From NCBI GenBank assembly GCA_963796105.1, contig CAWCKJ010000004.1, forward strand, positions 480,001 to 544,000: a stretch of 64,000 nucleotides of DNA, read 5' to 3'. Shown one piece after another: positions 46,944 through 56,096 of this stretch. This stretch comes from a candidate division FCPU426 bacterium (GTDB taxonomy: Bacteria; Oederibacteriota; Muellerivitia; Muellerivitales; Muellerivitaceae). Position numbers and translations under genes: made by a program. Each line of letters opens with the position of its first letter. Position 1 is the stretch's first letter. The notes beneath the pieces are model-generated. The model had not been told where the DNA came from and searched no databases. It saw only the letters and a program-made list of their open reading frames with translations.

Positions 46944-49097
46944 TTAATGCCTGGAATGTTCCGCGAGGACTTTCGCTTTTCGGAAATTTTCCTCGGCCAA
47001 ATCCTCCCGTCCCATTTTCCGGTAGGTCAATCCGAGCTTTTGATAAATGCCCGGATTGTCGGGCTGGAGGGACGAGGCCCTTCGGAGCAAATCCAACGCT
47101 TCCGGGAACTTTCCGGATTGAAAGTCAATGAAGCCCAGGTTGAGGTAATAAATGACTTCGTTCGGGTCGGCCGAGATTCCCTCCTGGTACAGCTTCGCCG
47201 CCTCGGCGTAATTCCCCCCCTGGGCGTATAAATTGGCCAGGTTGACCAGATAACTTTGGTTGTCGGGGTCCAGGGAAACGGCCTTTTGATAGGCCGCGAA
47301 GCTTTTTTCCGGTTGTTTCAAATACCAGTAGCTGACTCCCAGGTTGTTGTAGGCCGAGGCCAGGTCCGGGTCAAGTTGAACGGCTTTTTGGGCTTCCGCC
47401 AGGGCTTCATCGTAATTCCCGGATTTCTGGTAAACCTTGCTGAGGTTGGAATGAGGAATGGCGTTTTTGGGGTCCTTCTCGATCGAGGTCTTGAACCAGG
47501 CCGCGGCGTCCTCCGCCAGGCCTTTCGAGAAAAGGCAGGTTCCCTTGGAATCATAGGGCGCGGAGGGGGCGGGATCTGCCGCGATGGCCTGGTCGAAAGC
47601 CCTGATGGCCTCGTCATAATGTCCCGCGTCCTGGTAGGCGTTTCCAAGTTCCGAGTAGGTGATGACGGAAGTCTCGGAATGGACCCTCACCGCGTTTTCC
47701 CAAAGGGCGATGGAATCCTTCCAGGTCGCTGATTGGAGGAAGGTTCCATAGCCCAGGCCGGCCGTGAGTCCCGCCGCCAGGATTGGGAATAAAAAACGCC
47801 GCTTTGAAAGAATAAAGACCGCCAGATAGGCAAAAAGCAAAAATGGACCCAGGCTCGGAAGGTAGGTGTAACGGTCGGCGGAGGTCTGGAATCCGGCTTG
47901 AAGAATTCCCAGCACGGGAAGAAGGGTGATGAAATAGTAAAGGCTTCCCGCCGCCAGGTATGGCCGTCTCTTGAGCCAATAAAGGCAAATCCCCGCCCAT
48001 AGGACGGCTAAACCGACGCAAAGAAGCTGCCCTGCGGAAAAGGCCTTTGTTTTTTCGGTGATGGGATAAAAAGCCGCCAATCCCGATGGAAAAATCATTT
48101 TTTCAACGTAAAAGACCAAGGAGTGAAAAGCGTTCATGACGCGGATTCCCAGGGGAATATCCTGTGTTTTCAAAACAGCCTCGCCTTTGAACTGGGAAAG
48201 GACCGTCAGCCAGCCGCACAACAGACTCGCGATGAAAAACGGGATTTTTTCCAAATAGACCTTCGCCCCTTCTTTTGAAAATCTCCCCAACGGCCAAAAA
48301 TCCAAAAGAAATAAAACCAAGGGAAAGGAGACCGCCATGGGTTTGGATACAAGGGCCAGAGAGAAGAGCCCCAGGCAGGCGGCAAGCCTCAATCCCTTTC
48401 CCCGCGCGGAGCTGGCATAATCCAAGTAAAGCAGGAGACCTCCCAGGTATAAGAACCCGCAAAGAACGTCTTTCCTTTCGGTGGCCCAGGCCACGGATTC
48501 CACATGGAGGGGATGGATCCCAAATAGAAGCGCCGCGAGAAAGGCCGCTTTGACTTCATTCCGGCCGCGCCCGGGGTTCCCTTCGGTTTCCTTCCGGTTT
48601 CCCGCCAAGTTGAGAATCCTCCGGCAAACCAGGAAAACCAGCCCGGTATTCAGGGCATGAAGGATCAGGTTGGTGAGGTGATAAATTCTCGGGTCCAGGC
48701 CTCCCATCCAAAAATTCAGGGCCAGGGAAAACCATGTGAGGGGAATCCAATTACTGCAATAAAAAGCGTTGAGCATCCAACGGATGGAAGCGAAATCCAG
48801 GTGACGGATATGGAGGTTCTTGACGATGAATTCACTGTCATCCCAATTGACGAAGCCGTTGTTCAGGGAGGGAATGTAAACCAGGACGGTGATGAGGACC
48901 ACGAGGACCAGGGCCCATCCATCGCGGTGGGTACCAGGCTCCCGTGCCGCTCCCTCTTTTAATTCAGCGACCTTTTCACAGGGTCTCTCGATGATCTTGC
49001 GGACCTGCCTGGGGCTCAAGCCGGTTCTACCAGCCAATTCCTCCAAAGGGAGGGACCGGTTTTGAAGGACAAACTCTCTTTTTTCCTTTTTGGACAA
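46944..49097 (-). CDS. TMTC-like membrane glycosyltransferase with TPR array
   Basis: GFVNWDD, YHLTNLILH, HPLHVESVAWATERKD, ADRYTYLP and WKDSIALW motifs, followed by multiple TPRs. Confidence 0.9.
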   Translation of the reverse strand: MSKKEKREFVLQNRSLPLEELAGRTGLSPRQVRKIIERPCEKVAELKEGAAREPGTHRDGWALVLVVLITVLVYIPSLNNGFVNWDDSEFIVKNLHIRHLDFASIRWMLNAFYCSNWIPLTWFSLALNFWMGGLDPRIYHLTNLILHALNTGLVFLVCRRILNLAGNRKETEGNPGRGRNEVKAAFLAALLFGIHPLHVESVAWATERKDVLCGFLYLGGLLLYLDYASSARGKGLRLAACLGLFSLALVSKPMAVSFPLVLFLLDFWPLGRFSKEGAKVYLEKIPFFIASLLCGWLTVLSQFKGEAVLKTQDIPLGIRVMNAFHSLVFYVEKMIFPSGLAAFYPITEKTKAFSAGQLLCVGLAVLWAGICLYWLKRRPYLAAGSLYYFITLLPVLGILQAGFQTSADRYTYLPSLGPFLLFAYLAVFILSKRRFLFPILAAGLTAGLGYGTFLQSATWKDSIALWENAVRVHSETSVITYSELGNAYQDAGHYDEAIRAFDQAIAADPAPSAPYDSKGTCLFSKGLAEDAAAWFKTSIEKDPKNAIPHSNLSKVYQKSGNYDEALAEAQKAVQLDPDLASAYNNLGVSYWYLKQPEKSFAAYQKAVSLDPDNQSYLVNLANLYAQGGNYAEAAKLYQEGISADPNEVIYYLNLGFIDFQSGKFPEALDLLRRASSLQPDNPGIYQKLGLTYRKMGREDLAEENFRKAKVLAEHSRH

Positions 49098-49158
49098 TGA
49101 AAAACCCCGTTGTTTTATCGTTTTTCGATTCAGCTCGGAAGGCGGTGTTTTTCAGGAA

Positions 49159-50277
49159 TCAAGCGAGGGAACTGCTGGACCCGGGTCCGAATCTCATCTC
49201 CATTTTCTCCAGCGCCAGTTCCTTGTCCATCGGAACTTGGAATTTCTTCTTGTCGCTGGCCTTCAGGTAGGCCTGCCGGGCGCTGATCTTGCCGGCCTGG
49301 TAGAAATTCATCAGGCAGTGGTCCATGGTCTGCATGCCCAGCTGTCCGCTCATCTCGATGAGGGAGGTGATGCCGGAAATCTTGCCGGTCCGGATCAGGT
49401 TCGGGAGGCTCTTGTCGTAATTGAGCACCTCCACCGCCGCGCAGCGCCCCTTGCCGTCCTTGGTGGGACAAAGCTGCTGGGCCACGATTCCCTTGAGGGC
49501 CGCGGCCAGGGCGTCGCGCGCCTTGTCCCTCTCGTCGGCCGGATAGACGTTGATGATGCGGTCGATGGTTTTCGAGGTGGAGTTGGTGTGCAGGGTGGCC
49601 AGGACCAGGATGCCCATCTCGGCCGCGGCGATGACGAGCGAGATGGTCTCGTAATCCCTCATTTCCCCCACCAGGATGATGTCCGGGTCCTGGCGCATGG
49701 ACGACCGCAGGGCCGCCTTGAAGGAATGGGTGTCGTGGTGGACCTCGCGCTGGGTGATCTTGCACTTTTTCATGTAGTGCACGAACTCGATGGGGTCCTC
49801 GATGGTGAGGATGTTGGCCTCGCGCGTGTTGTTGATCTCGTCGATCATGGCGGCCAGGGTGGTGCTCTTCCCGCTGCCGGTGGGGCCGGTGACGAGGATG
49901 AGGCCCCTTTTCACCTTGCACATCTCCCGGATGACCGGGGGCATGCCGAGCTGTTCCAGCGAGAGGATCTTGGTGGGGATGGTGCGGAATACCGCGGCGA
50001 GCCCCTGCTGGTTGAAAAAAACATTCGCGCGGTACCGGGCCAGGTCCGGAACCTCGTAGGCGTAATCGTAGTCGCGCTTCTGCCAGCACAGCTCCCATTG
50101 CTCCGGGGACATGGTCTCGTAGATCCAGGACATGATCATGTCCTCGGTGATGACCGTCTCATTCAAGGGGGTGAGGTCCCCCCTTACGCGCACCAGGGGG
50201 GGATTGCCGATGGTGAGGTGCATGTCGGACGCCCCCAGTTCCACCATGGCGCGGCATAGTTCCGGCATGGCCGCCAT
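49159..50277 (-). CDS. pilT: PilT/PilU-family type IV pilus retraction ATPase
   Basis: ASDMHL, GPTGSGKSTT, TIEDPIE, RQDPDIILVGEMRD and TLHT motifs. Confidence 0.9.
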   Translation of the reverse strand: MAAMPELCRAMVELGASDMHLTIGNPPLVRVRGDLTPLNETVITEDMIMSWIYETMSPEQWELCWQKRDYDYAYEVPDLARYRANVFFNQQGLAAVFRTIPTKILSLEQLGMPPVIREMCKVKRGLILVTGPTGSGKSTTLAAMIDEINNTREANILTIEDPIEFVHYMKKCKITQREVHHDTHSFKAALRSSMRQDPDIILVGEMRDYETISLVIAAAEMGILVLATLHTNSTSKTIDRIINVYPADERDKARDALAAALKGIVAQQLCPTKDGKGRCAAVEVLNYDKSLPNLIRTGKISGITSLIEMSGQLGMQTMDHCLMNFYQAGKISARQAYLKASDKKKFQVPMDKELALEKMEMRFGPGSSSSLA

Positions 50278-51311
50278 CAGGACACCTCCGCCAGGATCTC
50301 ATCGGCCAAGGCCTGGGTGATTTTCTTGGAAGCCACCAGGGCCTTGAGGGAAGCCTCCATGGTCTGCATGCCCTGCAGGATCCCCGTGGCGATGACGGAC
50401 GGGATCTTGAAGAAATCGCCCTCCCGGATGACGTTGGCGACGGCGGTGATGTTGGCCAGGATCTCGAAAGCCGCCACCATGCCTGTCCCCTCGGCGTTGA
50501 CCAGGAGCCGCTGGGAGAGGATTCCCACGAGGTTCTCGGCGAGACTCACGATTGCCTGGGGCTGCTCGCCCGCCGGGAAAAGGCTGACGACGCGGGAAAT
50601 CGTGGAAGTCGCGGAGCCGGTATGAAGGGTGCCGATGACCAGGTGGCCCGTCTCGGCGGCGGTGAGGGCGAGGCTCATGGTCTCGTGGTCTCGCATCTCC
50701 CCCACCATGATGATGTCCGGGTCCTCCCGCAGGGCGCTTCGAAGGGCGTTGGTGAAACTGGCCGTGTGCGTCCCCACCCCGCGCTGGTTGACCACGGACT
50801 GCTTGCGGTGGTGGATGTACTCGATGGGGTCCTCGATGGTGATGATGTTTTCCTCGGTGGTCTCGTTCAGGTAATCCACCAGGGCGGCGCAGGTGGTGGA
50901 CTTGCCGCAGCGCCCGGGACCCGTGATGAGGATGATGCCCTGGTTGGCGTCCGCGAACTTCTTGAGGATGGGGGGAAGGCCCAGCTCATCGATGGTGCGG
51001 ACCTTGGAGGTGAAATGACGGAACACCGCGTCCCACCCCCGGCGCTGGCGGTAGGCGTTGAGCCGGAACCTCTCTCCGTTGGAGAGGGAATAGGTGGTGT
51101 CGATTTCCCAGGTTTCCTTCAGGTGCGCGAGGGCGTTCTCGTCCAGGATCTCGAAAATCAATTCCTCGCATTCCTGGGCGGGAAGGGGTTTATCCGTGAC
51201 GGGCAAAAGCCTGCCCAAACGCCGGACGCAGGCGGGCGATTCCGAGGCGATGTGAAGGTCGGAACCCTTTTGGTCGATGCAAGTTTGCAGGTAGGAATCG
51301 ACTTTGGGCAT
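50277..51311 (-). CDS. PilT/PilU-family ATPase (second paralog)
   Basis: GSDLHI, GPGRCGKSTT, TIEDPIE, ALREDPDIIMVGEMRD and AETGHLVIGTLHT motifs. Confidence 0.9.
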   Translation of the reverse strand: MPKVDSYLQTCIDQKGSDLHIASESPACVRRLGRLLPVTDKPLPAQECEELIFEILDENALAHLKETWEIDTTYSLSNGERFRLNAYRQRRGWDAVFRHFTSKVRTIDELGLPPILKKFADANQGIILITGPGRCGKSTTCAALVDYLNETTEENIITIEDPIEYIHHRKQSVVNQRGVGTHTASFTNALRSALREDPDIIMVGEMRDHETMSLALTAAETGHLVIGTLHTGSATSTISRVVSLFPAGEQPQAIVSLAENLVGILSQRLLVNAEGTGMVAAFEILANITAVANVIREGDFFKIPSVIATGILQGMQTMEASLKALVASKKITQALADEILAEVS

Positions 51312-51455
51312 GGATTTTCTTTAAAGTGGAATAACAGCTCTCAGGGCCCGGATCGTCAGCTCAATGTATCTAACCGCGACTTATATCCTTTAATATAACC
51401 CAAGGCAACATTCCCTTTCAGCATATTTATCAGGGCAAAAAGCGGGAATCCGCGA

Positions 51456-51989
51456 TCACATCAATCCCTGGATGAAGAAAACCAGCCCGACCGCGCCGAA
51501 TCCCAGGCTGACGAACCAAAAGGGCTTGCGGCGGGTCAGCGCCGAGATGGCCGCGATGGCGATGGCCACCTGGAACAATGTGACGCTGTGGGCCAGGCCC
51601 TCGTGATGGCTCAAATGGTCCTCGGATTTTTTCTGGAATTTCCCTGCTTCCTCCTTGATTTTTTCCTGGTCTTCCTTGTACTGCTCCATTTTCTTTTGGT
51701 CGGCCTCCGGCGGTTTTCGGTTGAGGCCCGCCAATAGCTCCAACTTGGAACCCAGGACCGCGGCCTTGATCCCCTTGGCCTGGTAAAAAGCCCATTGGTC
51801 CGAGGACTTGATCTGGCTGAGCATGGCCTCATTGGCGTGGAATCCCGCCATGAGGGAAGCTACCGCCGCGAAGGCCGCCAGGAAGGCGGAACTTAAGGCC
51901 ACTCCCATGATCCATCCCTCGTTGGAATGCCTCGCGCTGTGCTCCATGTGCTCGTGAAGGTGCTCCGTGGGGACTTCCACTTCTTCCAT
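51456..51989 (-). CDS. DUF4337-family membrane protein
   Basis: SSDQWAFYQAKGIK and LFQVAIAIAAISALTR motifs. Confidence 0.82.
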   Translation of the reverse strand: MEEVEVPTEHLHEHMEHSARHSNEGWIMGVALSSAFLAAFAAVASLMAGFHANEAMLSQIKSSDQWAFYQAKGIKAAVLGSKLELLAGLNRKPPEADQKKMEQYKEDQEKIKEEAGKFQKKSEDHLSHHEGLAHSVTLFQVAIAIAAISALTRRKPFWFVSLGFGAVGLVFFIQGLM

Positions 51990-52059
51990 GATCTCAACTC
52001 CTGGGTTTTATTCACCGGCGGGGGAATTTTCGACAATAAGGCGGGCTGAGGCAAGTGAT

Positions 52060-52086
52060 AAAAAAGGGGCGAAGATCTCGCCCCCT
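52060..52086 (-). terminator. Rho-independent terminator of the desaturase gene
   Basis: Minus strand reads GGGGCGAGATCTTCGCCCC followed by a T run. Confidence 0.8.
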
Positions 52087-52101
52087 GGTGGATTGGCCTA
52101 T

Positions 52102-53046
52102 TTAGGCGGTTGCCCTTGATCCGCCCAGGCCCGCGTGGAGGATTTGCTTAGGATGGACCTGGATATCCCAGACCAATCCGACGAGGGAAAAAGCCTTGAG
52201 GATGTAATGGGAAGGGTCGATTTCCCACCAATAGATTCCCTGGCGTTCGGAAAAAGGATAGCGGTGGTGGTTATTGTGCCAGCCCTCTCCCATGGTAATG
52301 AGCGTAAGAAAGAGGCTGTTTCTGCTGTCATCCCCCGTCCGGAACCTTTTCGTCCCGATCAAATGGGAAAGGGAGTTGATGCTGAAGGTACCGTGGTAAA
52401 GAGCGGTGGTGCTGGTGAAAAAGCCCCAGGTGAGCATCTGCATGCCGTTGGTGTGGAGTCCCGGCGCCGAGTGCTGCAGGAATGAGCCTAATAAATAAAT
52501 GGCCGCCGCCAGGACGAAAGGGGCTACCCCGTGGTGTTTGTTGATCCACCTCAGTTCCGGGTATTTGGCCAGGTCCTTCACGGCCGCCTCGTTGGTTCCG
52601 GAGTATTTTTTGCAGAGAACCCAACCCACATGGGCCCACCAAAGGCCCCTCAAGCGGGGGGAATGGATGTCTTTTTCGGTGTCCGAATATTTGTGATGAT
52701 GCCGGTGGTGGGCGGCCCACCAAAGCGGCCCCTGCTGGGCGCAGGAAGCCCCCCAGAAGGCCAGGACAAATTGGAAAAAGCGGCCGGTCTTATAAGTCCT
52801 GTGGGAAAAATACCGGTGGTAGGCCCCGGTGATGGCGAACATACGGCCGTAATACATGAAAAGGCAAACAACCGCCGCGGCCCAGCTGATGCCGGTGAAA
52901 ACCGCGGCGATCCCGATGACATGCACCCCGAAAAAAGCCAGGCTTCCGGCCCAGTCGATCTGCTCGTCATGGGTGTACTTGAGGCGCAGGCGGCGCCAAA
53001 CGGTCTCCGGCCCGGTTTGGGCGGACAAGGACAAATCTTTTGACAT
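52102..53046 (-). CDS. Delta-9-type acyl-CoA/acyl-lipid desaturase
   Basis: His boxes HRYFSH, HRHHH and GEGWHNNHH. Confidence 0.95.
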   Translation of the reverse strand: MSKDLSLSAQTGPETVWRRLRLKYTHDEQIDWAGSLAFFGVHVIGIAAVFTGISWAAAVVCLFMYYGRMFAITGAYHRYFSHRTYKTGRFFQFVLAFWGASCAQQGPLWWAAHHRHHHKYSDTEKDIHSPRLRGLWWAHVGWVLCKKYSGTNEAAVKDLAKYPELRWINKHHGVAPFVLAAAIYLLGSFLQHSAPGLHTNGMQMLTWGFFTSTTALYHGTFSINSLSHLIGTKRFRTGDDSRNSLFLTLITMGEGWHNNHHRYPFSERQGIYWWEIDPSHYILKAFSLVGLVWDIQVHPKQILHAGLGGSRATA

Positions 53047-53147
53047 TTAAAAAATCTCCCCATTTTCAGCAACAACCCCGCGGGATACCGTTGCCTTTAC
53101 GCGATTATACCCGCCTGTCGGAGCCGAAAAAAACAGAGGGGAATATT

Positions 53148-54125
53148 TTATTTCACTCCTGAAAACCCGGATTCCCTTGGTTTTTTACCCCGAGTCCGGA
53201 TTTCCAGGACGGATTTTTCCACTCCCCTGGAGGCGAAAGTGATCAGGACCACCGCGGCCACGATCAGGCTGGCGGCCAAAAAAACCCGGGGGGAAAGCGC
53301 CTCCCCCGCCAACAGCCAGCCCAGGAAAACAGCGATGACCGGGTTCACGAAAGCGTAGGTGGACGCCAGGGCTGGGGTGGCTTTGTGGAGAACCCAAATA
53401 TAGGACGTGAATCCCAACAATGATCCGAAGAAAATCAAATAGGACCAGGAAGCGAGTGAAACAAGGCTGACCGCCCCCGGGTGAAAAAGGGCCGCCTCCC
53501 CGAGGAACAAACCAAAGGCCAATTGCATCAGTCCCCCCGCGACCATCTCCATGGATGTGGCTTGGAGGGGGGAAGCAGGAAGGGGCGCCGTCCGGGAATA
53601 GAGGGAACCCACGGCCCAGGTCACGGGCGACAGGGACAATACCAGGGTCCCCCACGGATTCAAAGGTCCCATGCCCGAAGTCTTTCCTGGCAGCACTAAA
53701 AAGGCGATTCCGGCCAGGCCCAACCCAAGCCCGGCGGTCATCCTGATTCCGGGTTTGGCTTCCCTTTTCCAAATCCATTGGAGCGCGACGATCCATAGGG
53801 GCACTGTGGCCACTAAAAGGGCCGCAATGCCGGATGGCACTTTTTGCTCGGCCCAAGTGACCCCGCCGTTGGAGCAGAAAACGAGGCAAAAGCCCACCAC
53901 CGCCGAGGCTTTCCATTGCCTCAAGCCTGGCCGGGGGGCGCCTTTCATCCGGGTCCAACCGTAAAGAAGAAGTCCCGCCGCCACAAACCTGCTTCCGGCC
54001 ATCAGGAATGGGGGCAGGGTCTCTATGGCGAAACGGATGGCCAAATAAGTGGAACCCCAAATGAAATAAACGGCGGATAACGCCAGCCAAACGCCTGGCG
54101 CCGGGGGTTTCTTTGGGCTTTGCAC
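53148..54125 (-). CDS. EamA/DMT transporter (YedA-like)
   Basis: VYFIWGSTYLAIR and STYAFVNPVIAVFLG motifs; multi-pass membrane protein. Confidence 0.93.
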   Translation of the reverse strand: MQSPKKPPAPGVWLALSAVYFIWGSTYLAIRFAIETLPPFLMAGSRFVAAGLLLYGWTRMKGAPRPGLRQWKASAVVGFCLVFCSNGGVTWAEQKVPSGIAALLVATVPLWIVALQWIWKREAKPGIRMTAGLGLGLAGIAFLVLPGKTSGMGPLNPWGTLVLSLSPVTWAVGSLYSRTAPLPASPLQATSMEMVAGGLMQLAFGLFLGEAALFHPGAVSLVSLASWSYLIFFGSLLGFTSYIWVLHKATPALASTYAFVNPVIAVFLGWLLAGEALSPRVFLAASLIVAAVVLITFASRGVEKSVLEIRTRGKKPRESGFSGVK

Positions 54126-54212
54126 GGGCCTTTTCCTGTCTTATCATGAAATAGGGATACGAATTTAATCGCGGTACCGGCGAAACAACCCTTTTTCTCT
54201 TTTAAGAAAGAA

Positions 54213-55181
54213 ATGAAGGTTAACATGGCCGAACTTCAACAAGCTACCCCCCACGTTAAGAAAAACCTTCTTCTCATCCGGTCTCTTTTGGCCGTCATTC
54301 TATACTGTTTCGCTTTCCTGTTCCTTCAAGCTCATTCCGACCAGAAAGGCATGATCCTGTCCTACGTATTGGTTTACGCCGCCACCTTCATCCCCTTTTA
54401 CTTCCTGGGAGAGGAAAAATGGGAGTTGGTCCGTTATCAATTCGTCGTCTTCAGCATGGATTCCGTTTTTTTGATGGGGGCTGTTTACCTTTTCGATTTT
54501 TTCGAGACAAACCTGCTCATCATGATATTCCTGACTTTTTTCATCTCCGCCTTGAGCCAATCGGTGGGCCGGAGCATCCTGGTGGGAATCGCGGTCATCG
54601 GGATCTATGTCTATCTCCATTTCCAAAAAGCCGACTCTTTCAATTGGATGGACCCGATGCTGCTGATTTCCTGCAGCCTTCTTTTCGTCGTTTCCATCCA
54701 TTCCGGCTACCTGGCCTTCAGGACGGTGCAGGAAGAGAAGGAAATCATGGATCTGGCGAAAAAGGCGAACCTGTTGAGCGAAAAAGTCCGGGAAGGGGAC
54801 CAGGCGGCCCTGGAATACGCCGCCACCCTGAAAAACGTCCTGGATACCCTGCCGATCGGGGCCATCGCCGTTTCTCCCCATGGTTTCGTGCTGTTCGTGA
54901 ATAATACCGTGGGAAAAATCCTGGACTTGAACCCCAAAAGCCTGGTGAACCTTTATTTGTTCAACAAGGACACGGTATTGGCTGAAATCGGGGAATCCAT
55001 GGCCCAGGCCTTAAAGGACCGGCGCGACCTGAAGCGGGAATACCTGGATATCCGTTGGAAGGGTTTTGCTAAGAGGATCCGTTTGGACAGTTCCTCGGGA
55101 ACGGGACCCACCGGAAAGCTTTGGGGAACCTTGTTCCTCATCCAGGAATCCGTAAAGCCGTCCTCCCAAGATGAAAATTAA
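54213..55181 (+). CDS. Membrane protein with coiled coil and C-terminal PAS domain, no output domain
   Basis: Multi-TM N-terminus; VLDTLPIGAIAVSPHGFVLFVN PAS start; ORF ends right after the PAS. Confidence 0.78.
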   Translation: MKVNMAELQQATPHVKKNLLLIRSLLAVILYCFAFLFLQAHSDQKGMILSYVLVYAATFIPFYFLGEEKWELVRYQFVVFSMDSVFLMGAVYLFDFFETNLLIMIFLTFFISALSQSVGRSILVGIAVIGIYVYLHFQKADSFNWMDPMLLISCSLLFVVSIHSGYLAFRTVQEEKEIMDLAKKANLLSEKVREGDQAALEYAATLKNVLDTLPIGAIAVSPHGFVLFVNNTVGKILDLNPKSLVNLYLFNKDTVLAEIGESMAQALKDRRDLKREYLDIRWKGFAKRIRLDSSSGTGPTGKLWGTLFLIQESVKPSSQDEN

Positions 55182-55233
55182 TCCCCGTTAACCCCGATTT
55201 CCCAATAGGCATTCTATCCAATAGATGTGCCCC

Positions 55234-55758
55234 TCATCTCTTCCGAGGGTTGAGCGTCTTTGACATCAGAAGGATATCCTCGTATTTCCCCAAGTGTTTT
55301 CTCGCCTTCTTCCGGAGGCCATCCTTTGCAAAACCGAATTTCCTGTAAAGCCGGATGGCCCGCTGGTTGGAAGCGAATACTTCCAATTGAACGCTTTCAT
55401 ATCCCTTGGTGAATTCAGCGTGCTTCAGGGTGGTTTCAAGGAGTTGAGCGCCGATGCCCCTTTGGCGGTATTCGCGCAGGACCCCCATGTATAAAAGACC
55501 GACGTGACCCGTTCCAGGACGGTGGTCCGGCCTGATATCACACCAACCGATGACTTTTTTCCCGGCCAAAGCCAAGAAAAAGCTCTCACTTTCCTTAATT
55601 TTCCGAAGGACGATTTTCCGGACTTCCCTGATGGGGGGCGCTTTCAAGGCCAGCAGCCATTTGACCTCGCGGGCCACCTGGTCCCAGCAGCGCCTGTATT
55701 CAGGGATATGCCCCCGGGCGACCGGGATAAAACTGATCTTTTCCTGGCTTTGCCTCAT
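55234..55758 (-). CDS. GNAT-family N-acetyltransferase
   Basis: MGVLREYRQRGIG and LEVFASNQRAIRLYRKFGF motifs. Confidence 0.92.
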   Translation of the reverse strand: MRQSQEKISFIPVARGHIPEYRRCWDQVAREVKWLLALKAPPIREVRKIVLRKIKESESFFLALAGKKVIGWCDIRPDHRPGTGHVGLLYMGVLREYRQRGIGAQLLETTLKHAEFTKGYESVQLEVFASNQRAIRLYRKFGFAKDGLRKKARKHLGKYEDILLMSKTLNPRKR

Positions 55759-55918
55759 CTGGCGGTCCAATACTTTGGAATTTGCGCTAAACCCTTGGGG
55801 AAAGTATCGAAAATATATTTCTAACTCGAAAGCGGCTCTTGGCCTATTTTATGCGTGAAAAATCGATCGTGCTAATCCCAATTTTACTTGCTAAGAATGC
55901 GTGGCGGGTCAAAATAGA

Positions 55919-56013
55919 GTCAGCCGCACAGTCTATCAGATATGGGCCACTATCCAATTGATGAGTCGTGGTGAGCCCCTGATCTCCGGGTTACCGGAGC
56001 GTGCGGCTTTTTT
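55919..56013 (+). ncRNA. Candidate structured small RNA
   Basis: Nested stems AGCCGCAC/GTGCGGCT, ATCAG/CTGAT, GGGCCAC/GTGAGCCC and CTCCGG/CCGGAG, ending in a T run; weak TTGCTA-N16-CAAAAT upstream. Confidence 0.45.
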
Positions 56014-56040
56014 ATTGTCCTTTTCGCCCTCTCCACCAGC

Positions 56041-56075
56041 AAAAAAGCCCAATGGTCCCGCCATTGGGCTTTTTT
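56041..56075. terminator. Bidirectional intrinsic terminator downstream of sdhB
   Basis: AAAAAAGCCCAATGG / CCATTGGGCTTTTTT. Confidence 0.9.
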
Positions 56076-56096
56076 GTTTTGGGGATATACCGGATT

